Assembly: GCF_000015805.1 (NCBI RefSeq)
Contig: NC_009073.1
Location: forward strand, 450,001 to 482,000
DNA from: Pyrobaculum calidifontis JCM 11548
Lineage (GTDB): Archaea; Thermoproteota; Thermoprotei; Thermoproteales; Thermoproteaceae
Direction of reading: 5' to 3'
Length of the DNA stretch: 32,000 nt
Below, piece after piece: positions 18,020 through 24,169 of this stretch. Made by a program: the position numbers and the translations under genes. How positions within the stretch are numbered: position 1 is the first letter of the stretch; each line of letters opens with the position of its first letter. The notes below the pieces were generated by a model, which worked only from the letters and a program-made list of their open reading frames with translations, ran no database searches and had not been told where the DNA came from.

Positions 18020-18107
18020 AAATAGTGATGAATAGCGAAACTGTAGTTTACAAGGCAGATGTGTATATCTTAATTGTTCACCATAAACTTTCTTAGAAGG
18101 ATAGGCG

Positions 18108-18403
18108 CATATAGCATATAGAGACGTGAGGACTGAGGTGAGAAGGGTCGTAGAGAGGTGCCGTTTTTTGAGGTGTATGTGAGAGTGCCTTTCGACGTGG
18201 CGATTAGGCGGGATCCCAAGGGGCTTTACGCAAGGGCTCTGCGGGGTGAGTTGAGGGGGTTCACGGGGGTTGACGACCCGTACGAGGAGCCTCTCTCGCC
18301 GGATTTGGTGCTCGACAACGCGGAGCCCCCTCCTGAGAGGAATGCGGAGGTGCTCGCCGGCTTTGTCTTGGAGAGGGTTGAGTATGGAGTCTCACGGGGG
18401 TAG
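18108..18403 (+). pseudogene. cysC: 5'-truncated, frameshifted adenylylsulfate (APS) kinase
   Basis: Translation gives [17 protein letters not shown] in one frame and [59 protein letters not shown] in another. This matches the C-terminal half of CysC (E. coli: [43 protein letters not shown]). The P-loop half is absent. Similarity starts exactly at the AT-to-GC boundary. Confidence 0.8.
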
Positions 18404-18873
18404 GCTGGTCTACAGAGTGGTGGAGGGGTTGGACGAGGCCGCGGCGCTGGCGGATGGGCTTCCTAGGCTGGAGCTGGGGCCTGCCCTGGGCCCGGGGGGA
18501 TTCCCATTAGGAGTCCCTATAGGGAGGTGATGTCTATCGGGTTTAGCCCGGTGGAGGGCTTTATGACGTGAGGCGAGGTTGGGTCTGTGGTTGGGGAGCG
18601 GAGGCTTTTGAGCGGGCGGCTTTTTCCCATCCCGTTGATCTTTGACGTGGGGGAGGCCTTTTGCAGTGTTGGAGGTTTATAGGCTTCCCGGCGGGACTGG
18701 CGCTCCTGGGCGTAATGGGGAGGTGGTTGGGTGCCGGTTTGGCGAGGGGCGCTTGGGCCGGCTTGTGTGTAGGCTTTACTCTGAGTTTGTTCACCTCGTG
18801 CAGGTTAACGCAAAGGGGGTTTGAAGTTAAAGGAGGCGCGCTAAGGCTGGAATTAGCGCACGGCTCTGCTTAA
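18384..18873 (+). pseudogene. sat: Degraded sulfate adenylyltransferase (ATP sulfurylase), N-terminal part only
   Basis: [31 protein letters not shown], then a frame change near a G6 run (18494-18499), then YREVMSIGFSPVEGFMT, an in-frame TGA (18569-18571), GEVGSVVGERRLLSGRLFPIPLIFDVGEA and TAG (18680-18682). Further pieces (GLALLGVM..., FVHLVQV) lie in other frames. The order matches the Sat N-terminal domain (PHGGxLVxRVV...GxFSPLxGFM...PIxL). The catalytic QTRNPxHRxH / GRDHAG region is missing. Confidence 0.7.
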
Positions 18874-18974
18874 AGCGATTGTGGTGGGAAATACCTGTCC
18901 CAATGTTTGTGAAATTGCGGCCCGGCGGAGAAAAGTTTTTCTAAACATATAAGTAGTTCACATGGGGAGGGGGT

Positions 18975-19028
18975 GGGTCAGCGTGCCTGGTTTCGGGCAG
19001 GGACCCCTCCCAAGTCGTTCATCATCCC
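18975..19028 (-). ncRNA. Candidate C/D box sRNA
   Basis: Minus strand reads GGG-AUGAUGA-(37 nt)-CUGA-CCC: a canonical C box, a canonical D box, a 3-bp terminal stem, 54 nt total. Internal D'/C' boxes are poor (GGGU / UGCCCGA), which lowers confidence. Confidence 0.3.
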
Positions 19029-19644
19029 CTCCCCCAATGAGTTTCCCCCTAGAGCGCGTGGACGCACGTTTTGTAGCTAGCTTCTTTCTCTTCACGGAAA
19101 ATTTGGCCAACTCCTCGGAGCGCAGATACATGCCTCTGCGTGGCAACGACGGTTTAAAACGAGACGTAGAGAGTGTGAAAGTGAGGGGGAGTTCGCTGAA
19201 ACTACGTCTCCCTCAGTCTTAACTGCCGCCAGCGGCCAGGCGGCGGGCTCCAGCTGTAGCGTGCTGTGTCAATTTTATCAATTATTTTGTACTGCCTTTG
19301 AAGTCAGCTTCTGTACTGCAGATGGGCCGTAAATGCGGCTATGTCATGGGTGGGCGGGCGTTGTGGGTGTGGTGGATCGTGGTGATGTACCGCGTCGGCG
19401 TAGTAGTGGAGGGCTGACGCCGGCTAGGGGGCGTGGTGGTCGTTAACGTGAACGGCGGCTCGCGGTGGGGGTGGAGATGTCCGTGGAAGAGGGTGCTGGG
19501 GGCAGTATGCGGTATCAAAGAAAGGTTTGTGGCGAGTGAGATTGGCGAGAGGTCGCGCACATGAGCCGTTGCCCTGGGGGTCGTCCGGGCGTGTGGCGTG
19601 GACTGGGGAGGGGCCTCTCTAGGCCTGTGGGGGCGGCGTGCGGT

Positions 19645-20016
19645 TTAGCTCTCCTGTCTTTTCTGTGTGAGGGCGGTTATTAGGAGTCGATAGAGTTCGT
19701 CGAATTTGCGGTTTATCTCGGCGTAGAGGGCGTCGATCTTTGCGTTCATTTCCTTACGCAGTTCCTCGATTTTGGCGTCAAACTTGGCGTCTGTGGCGTC
19801 GAATCTGGCGTACATTTCTCTCCTTAACTGCGCTATCTCCTCTCTTAGCGCTTTTTCTCTTTCGGTTGCCTCGGCGCGCATTGCCCTCACGTCCTCTGAT
19901 ATTGAGCCTAGGTAGAGTATGAGGATGTCCTCTGTGGTAAGCTTCTTGCCCCGCTTTATCTTCTCCATCACGTGTTTCACGGCGGTCTCGATGGCGATAG
20001 AGGCGGCGGCGTCCAT
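19645..20016 (-). CDS. Coiled-coil protein of unknown function
   Basis: 123 aa. The C-terminal two thirds are charged heptad-like sequence (REEIAQLRREMYARFDATDAKFDAKIEELRKEMNAKIDALYAEINRKFDEL). ATG lies 24 nt from a TATA element. Confidence 0.65.
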   Translation of the reverse strand: MDAAASIAIETAVKHVMEKIKRGKKLTTEDILILYLGSISEDVRAMRAEATEREKALREEIAQLRREMYARFDATDAKFDAKIEELRKEMNAKIDALYAEINRKFDELYRLLITALTQKRQES

Positions 20017-20035
20017 AGATGAGAGATGTTGTGTG

Positions 20036-20043
20036 TTTAAATA
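20036..20043. promoter_or_regulatory. Near-palindromic TATA element TTTAAATA between divergent start codons
   Basis: Centred 24 nt from ATG20016 (minus-strand gene) and 27 nt from ATG20067 (27-codon plus-strand ORF). Confidence 0.4.
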
Positions 20044-20696
20044 TGTGGCTTTTTATGTTCGTTAGGATGGGCGCCGAGATTAATGTGGCTGTTTTCAAGG
20101 CGCTGGCTATGCCTAACGGCGGTGTCTTAGCGAGGTACGAAGTGGTGTAGTGACTGAGGTTACTGGTGGTGGGCAATACGGGGGCGGAGGAGTGTGGACA
20201 ACGGAGTGCTAGAGCTTGACGTCTCTCAGGTTGTTGGGCGAGGGGTGCTACGTCGTTGAGAGAAGTCGCCTGTGAATGTGCTAATTAGCGTGGGTGAGTT
20301 GGCTTTATGGCACTACGGGGGGTGAATCTGTTGGCCGTGTAGCTCTTTGTGGCGGCTGTTGGTTGCTCGTCTGACAAGCCTCCTGCTTGTGAGGTCCCTT
20401 GTTGGTGGTTGTAGGGGGCGCGCTTGTTTTCGTAATTTCTTTCCGCGACTGTCCGGCCCCCTTTTGGCCGTTGGCGCAAATTCTTTAGAGGGCTGTGGTG
20501 CATTGGGTATGCTCGCTTGTGGTCTCGCAGTCGCCTTAGGCGGGGGCCGCTGTCTAGGGTCGCTGGAGTTGTGTGCCCTCTCGCACGGTGGTGGTTAGAG
20601 TTGAGGCGCGTCTGTGGCGCTGGCGGACTGGTCTAGCGTGGTCCTACGTCTCTCTCAGGGCCTTGTTTACTTCGGCCTATTACGTCGGCGGTAAAC

Positions 20697-20704
20697 TTTT
20701 AAAT
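20697..20704 (+). promoter_or_regulatory. Putative TATA box (TTTTAAAT) of the tRNA gene
   Basis: Centred about 24 nt upstream of tRNA position 1 (20725). Confidence 0.5.
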
Positions 20705-20724
20705 CGCCGCATTCGTTAACACTA

Positions 20725-20837
20725 GGGCCCGTAGCTTAGCCCGGCAGAGCGCCCTGGGGCCGTGCCCCGCGTAGGGCTCATAACCGGGAAGTCCCGGGAG
20801 GGTGTCCCCGGGAATTCAAATCCCGGCGGGCCCACCA
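20725..20837 (+). tRNA. tRNA with CAU anticodon (elongator Met, or Ile2 if C34 is modified) carrying two introns; 3' CCA encoded
   Basis: Removing 20755-20774 (20 nt, between positions 29/30) and 20799-20814 (16 nt, between 53/54) gives a canonical cloverleaf. Acceptor GGGCCCG/CGGGCCC, U8, D stem GCUU/GAGC, A14, G18G19, anticodon stem CCCGG/CCGGG, loop CUCAUAA (CAT at 20779-20781), variable AAGUC, T arm CCGGG-UUCAAAU-CCCGG, A73, CCA. G1:C72 argues against an initiator. Intron ends can slide by a few nt because of local repeats. Confidence 0.8.
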
Positions 20838-20970
20838 GCCTCTTCGCCTCAACGCGCGCAATAATTCTCTTATCTTCCGCTGGGTTTCCGCCGTTTAGGC
20901 CGGCGGTGGCTTGGCCGGTGAGAGGCTTGACTGCTGTTGAGCTTAAATGGGCTTGATCATCGTACAAGCT

Positions 20971-20978
20971 ATTTAAAA
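20971..20978 (+). promoter_or_regulatory. Putative TATA box (ATTTAAAA) for the PaREP1 gene
   Basis: Lies 23 nt upstream of the second in-frame ATG (20998), suggesting the leaderless start is 20998 rather than 20980. Confidence 0.4.
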
Positions 20979-20979
20979 C

Positions 20980-21537
20980 ATGGTTCAACAAAGAGCCATG
21001 GAACAGGTGATTGAAAGGCCGCTCCCGAAGCCCACGTCCGCCGATTACGCCTCTGCGCGTCTTCTTGAGGCCCTTGTCAAAGCCAAGCTCGCCCTCGACT
21101 TCCTCGAGCGTGGTCTTACTCGCAACGCGGCTGGGAAGGCTTTTCAAGCGTGGAGGACTGTGCTGGCGGCTCTTCTCAAGCTGGAGCTTGAGCGGCTGAA
21201 GGCCTTGGCCAAGACGGAGGAAGAGCGGCGCTGGCTTGAGGAAAGGGCGGTGCCCCGAGTCCCCACTACGAAGATGATACCGCTTTCGCAGATGTTGAGA
21301 GTGCTGGGGTATCGGGATGTTGCATTTATAACTGACCGCGCTTTAAACCTCCACGACTATCAGTACCACGGACCAGATCCAGACATGGCATTGAGCAAGT
21401 ACAGGACGAGGGAGGAGGCGGCGAGGGCGGTTGTGGAGCTTGTGTCGGCTGTGGTTGACTATGTGGAAAGGCTGAGGGATAAGTGCGCTGGATGCGAAGA
21501 GCTCCTTGGGGATCTGAGAGAGGAGGTGGCTAGGTAG
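20980..21537 (+). CDS. PaREP1-family protein (four-helix, HEPN-like)
   Basis: 185-aa ORF (179 aa from ATG20998). The N-terminal segment ADYASARLLEALVKAKLALDFLERGLTRNAAGKAFQAWRTVLAALL matches the PaREP1/PaREP8 family pattern known from Pyrobaculum. Contains RALNLH (Rx4H). Confidence 0.7.
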   Translation: MVQQRAMEQVIERPLPKPTSADYASARLLEALVKAKLALDFLERGLTRNAAGKAFQAWRTVLAALLKLELERLKALAKTEEERRWLEERAVPRVPTTKMIPLSQMLRVLGYRDVAFITDRALNLHDYQYHGPDPDMALSKYRTREEAARAVVELVSAVVDYVERLRDKCAGCEELLGDLREEVAR

Positions 21538-21559
21538 CGCGACTGGGGTGTCGCGTTTT
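21538..21559 (+). terminator. Stem-loop plus T-run directly after the PaREP1 stop
   Basis: CGCGAC (21538-21543) and GTCGCG (21550-21555) form a 6-bp G/C-rich stem with a 6-nt loop, followed by TTTT (21556-21559). Confidence 0.4.
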
Positions 21560-21692
21560 GCCAGCGCCGTTTGTGTCGCGTTGTTTGGCGAAGCTGGGCT
21601 TGGCGTTTCGCTAGGCGTAGCTTTGGGGAGGGGGCGCGTCGGCCGCGCGTCTGCGTAGGGACCGCAGGCCGGGTCTGTGGGGGCCTCGTGTG

Positions 21693-22475
21693 TCAGTACT
21701 CTCTTCCGACTATTAGGTATATCTCTAGCTCTTTTGCTCTTTTTTGTAGGTGTTGTACCACTTCTGTGGGGGCGTTTTCTACGGCTAGGACTTTTAGGTA
21801 GGTCTTCTTGCCTGTGAATTTTTCTGCGGCTTCTGCGGCGGATAGGAGTTTTTCCACTTCTCGCTCAGCCTCCTCCACGGTCTTCAGCGAGGTTGTGGCT
21901 TCTCCCACGACGAGGGGATCTGGGCAGAAGATGTCTACTTCTCTGTAGCCGTCTACTGGGAGGGTGACGTTGACTCTTATGCCGCATATAATGCCCCTCT
22001 CGGCGAGTAGGGCCTTGACTACGTTGGCTGTGTAGTACTCAAAGGCTCCGCCGAGGGAGTCCCTTATCTCGCCTAGCGCGGCCATTATCCATTTAAACTT
22101 CTTGTCCGCCTCCTCCCAGCGCCTGAAGTTTTCCTGCCACTTTCTCTCGTTCTCCTCCCACCGCTTCTCGTTTTCTTCCCACCTTTTCTCGTTTTCGCGC
22201 CACCTCCTCTCGTTCTCTTCCCATCTTTTTGCCTGTTCTTTTATGAGGGTGTTGAAGTCTTCTCTTAGTTTTCTTAGTTCTTCGAGTATTTCTCTGAGGC
22301 CGAGTAGGCCTGCCACAGCGAGTCTGAACTCTTCGTCTTCTTCTAGTAGTTTAAGTAGCTGGCGTTTGAGGGCTGGCTCCACGTGGCTTGTGAGGTGGCT
22401 GTTTATAAGCGTTAGGTGTTTAGTAGCCACTTCCAGAGGGGGACGTACGTTACTACTCCCCTCTTCCTGTACCAC
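21693..22475 (-). CDS. Coiled-coil protein with Trp-heptad repeats and a C-terminal PD-(D/E)XK-like domain
   Basis: 260-aa ORF. Central KRWEENERRWRENEKRWEENEKRWEENERKWQENFRRWEEAD. C-terminal FEYY...REVDIFCPDPLVVGEATTSLK fits a D...(E)x(K/T) restriction-endonuclease-like core. An alternative GTG start at 22430 would reduce the overlap with the upstream ATPase gene. Confidence 0.6.
   Translation of the reverse strand: MVQEEGSSNVRPPLEVATKHLTLINSHLTSHVEPALKRQLLKLLEEDEEFRLAVAGLLGLREILEELRKLREDFNTLIKEQAKRWEENERRWRENEKRWEENEKRWEENERKWQENFRRWEEADKKFKWIMAALGEIRDSLGGAFEYYTANVVKALLAERGIICGIRVNVTLPVDGYREVDIFCPDPLVVGEATTSLKTVEEAEREVEKLLSAAEAAEKFTGKKTYLKVLAVENAPTEVVQHLQKRAKELEIYLIVGREY
22110..22229 (-). 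repeat. Tandem 21-nt (7-codon) repeat, about 5.7 units
   Basis: Trp codons (CCA on the plus strand) at 22116, 22137, 22158, 22179, 22200 and 22221 are spaced exactly 21 nt apart. Unit consensus is CTCGTTYTCYTCCCAYCKYTT. Confidence 0.85.
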
Positions 22476-23704
22476 GTGTGTTCTCTTTGGTCTTCGTAGT
22501 CCCAGGTTATGATGGTGAGCTGTGGGTTGTCTTGTTTGAATTGTTCGTAGGCGTGTAGTAGCGCCCGTATTTCGCGTCTGTCTACTTCGTCGTATGCCTT
22601 GGCGTAGGTCACGTTTATTAGCTGGGCTATTCGGCCCTCCTGTTTTACTAGGAAGTCTACTTCGTAGCCCTCCTTGGTGTGGAAGTAGTAGATCTCTGCG
22701 GGGGGCTCGTGGCGTCTTAGTAGCTCTAGGAGTACTGCGTTTTCCATGTCTCTTGCGACGTCTTTTTGGCCGAATAGCGCGTAGCCCGTGTCTATTAGGT
22801 AGATCTTTCTTGGGGCCGCTATTCTCTGCCTCAGCGACGGCGTGTATCTTCTTAGGAGTGTGATGTACATGGCGTCTTCTAGGTGGGAGAGGTAGTTTAT
22901 TATGGTCCTCTTGGTCGCGGCCGTTCTCTGTCCTAGTAGCCTGTAGAGCGAGTCGTATGAGGTGTGTCCTGCGTAATTGTTTAATGTGTAGTATATGAGC
23001 TCGTTTATTAGTGGAATATTTCTAATTCTGAATCTTTCTAGTATGTCTTTTTTTATTATTAGTTCTAGGTATTCTTTTAGAATTCTCTCTTTTAGCTGAC
23101 TTAGGACTACCTCTGGGTAGCCGCCGTAGTGTAGGTATTCCTCTACGGCGCCTCTAATTCTGTTGTAGTTTTTGTAGAAGTTTCTCCCTCTGAAGTCTAT
23201 GCCTTTGAAGGTTAGAAATTCTCTAAAGCTTAGGGTGAGTAGGCGGTATGTTAGCGACCTCCCTCTGAGGTGTGTGGCTATTTCTTTTGACAGCAGTTTT
23301 GAAGAGGAGCCCGTGACGTAGACCTCTAGGCCTTTGTCTAAGAGGTATCTGACCATTCTCTCCCAGTCCGGGACATTTTGGACTTCGTCTAAGAGGACTA
23401 TTGGATCTCTGTCGTATAGCTCCTTATATGCGTCAACTATTGTAATAATGTCCTTGGGACTGGCGTTGTAGAATACTGGGTTTTCAAAATCTACATAGAG
23501 GTAGTCTTCTACCTTTTTTATCAGTGAGAATAAGTAGTAAGTTTTTCCAGCTCTTCTGGGGCCTACGATGCATGTGGCCTTGTTTTTCACCTTCTCTATT
23601 CTTAACTCCCTTGGCTTTTTACCTCTGGGACTCCTCTCTCGTGGAATTCGACTATGTACCTCTTCACAAGCTCTCTGTCTAACGTGTGTACTAATGGGAA
23701 CCAA
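22412..23704 (-). CDS. AAA+ ATPase of the AAA_14/DUF4143 type
   Basis: 430-aa ORF. Walker A GPRRAGKTY, Walker B-like VLLDEVQ. The C-terminal part resembles DUF4143 (HTKEGYEVDFLV...). The ORF opens with TTG; the true start is uncertain (next candidate is a GTG just before the P-loop). Confidence 0.7.
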   Translation of the reverse strand: MVPISTHVRQRACEEVHSRIPRERSPRGKKPRELRIEKVKNKATCIVGPRRAGKTYYLFSLIKKVEDYLYVDFENPVFYNASPKDIITIVDAYKELYDRDPIVLLDEVQNVPDWERMVRYLLDKGLEVYVTGSSSKLLSKEIATHLRGRSLTYRLLTLSFREFLTFKGIDFRGRNFYKNYNRIRGAVEEYLHYGGYPEVVLSQLKERILKEYLELIIKKDILERFRIRNIPLINELIYYTLNNYAGHTSYDSLYRLLGQRTAATKRTIINYLSHLEDAMYITLLRRYTPSLRQRIAAPRKIYLIDTGYALFGQKDVARDMENAVLLELLRRHEPPAEIYYFHTKEGYEVDFLVKQEGRIAQLINVTYAKAYDEVDRREIRALLHAYEQFKQDNPQLTIITWDYEDQREHTWYRKRGVVTYVPLWKWLLNT

Positions 23705-23779
23705 ATTTATGAATTTTTGGTGCTCTATGATGCACTTTTGATTGTGGGAACTGCCGCGCGGAAGAGCTTTTATTTGGGT

Positions 23780-24169
23780 GTGGAACTCTTGGCGTGGCTG
23801 TGGAGGCGTGTGGAGTGGGGGCGGCTGGGGGTCCGCCTGGCCGTGGTTTTTGGATCTATTCTGCGTAGTCCTAGGGCTAGGGATGTTGACGTGTTGGTGT
23901 TTGTGGATGAGGGTGTGGATGAGGACGAGGCGGCGCTGAGGGTTATGGAGGCTGTGGAGAACGCGGTTGGTCTCGAGGCTGACGTGTATGTGGTTGGCGA
24001 CGTGTCTAGTGTTAACTGTTTTTTACTGCTCGAGGCGCTGAGGGACGGGGTTATTGTGTACAGAGACGTGGTTGGCTTAGAGCGGCTCGTGTTTGCCGTG
24101 GGCGTGTGCAACGACTTTATGATTTCGCGTAGGAAGCTTGGGTCGACCCCGACAAAGTGGTTAATTTGA
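23780..24169 (+). CDS. Minimal nucleotidyltransferase (MNT-type, pol-beta superfamily)
   Basis: LAVVFGSILRSPRARDVDVLVFVDEG carries the GS...DxD nucleotidyltransferase motif. The start is set at GTG23780 (TTG23774 also possible). The region upstream to 23654 overlaps the divergent ATPase gene and looks non-coding. Confidence 0.6.
   Translation: MELLAWLWRRVEWGRLGVRLAVVFGSILRSPRARDVDVLVFVDEGVDEDEAALRVMEAVENAVGLEADVYVVGDVSSVNCFLLLEALRDGVIVYRDVVGLERLVFAVGVCNDFMISRRKLGSTPTKWLI

Larger units (their letters stand above)
16861..18107. other. AT-rich mosaic block 2 (30-38% GC with embedded 50-60% GC patches)
   Basis: Hand counts: 17161-17220 is 19/60, 17341-17400 is 36/60, 17521-17580 is 19/60 GC. 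GC rises sharply at about 18108, where the cysC remnant begins. Confidence 0.7.

Noticed and set aside
18025-18031. C-box-like GTGATGA in the AT-rich spacer after the GT2 gene.
   Set aside because: There is no CUGA D box at an appropriate distance (the nearest is about 100 nt away) and no terminal stem.
19161-19210. 9-bp inverted repeat GAGACGTAG / CTACGTCTC with a 32-nt loop.
   Set aside because: Short stem and large loop, with no flanking box motifs or T-run. It is not distinguishable from chance.
19202-19216. 15-nt motif CTACGTCTCCCTCAG, repeated as CTACGTCTCTCTCAG at 20644-20658 and partially at about 20219. It was considered as possible att-like direct repeats flanking an integrated element next to the tRNA.
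   Set aside because: A 14/15 match between two sites in 32 kb (both strands) is expected by chance tens of times by a rough estimate. The motif does not overlap the tRNA and no integrase is present. A looser ~55-nt similarity between 19588-19643 and 20606-20670 in G-rich low-complexity DNA is likewise unconvincing without a proper alignment.
19339-19560. 73-aa minus-strand ORF (Thr/Pro/His-rich), plus the overlapping ORFs at 18958-19146 (minus) and 18962-19222 (plus).
   Set aside because: The products are low-complexity and reflect the strong G+T/C+A strand bias. No start-site context is present.
20722-21147. 141-aa minus-strand ORF spanning the tRNA gene and the PaREP1 5' end.
   Set aside because: It overlaps a canonical tRNA and a promoter region. 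Its composition-driven translation has no motifs.
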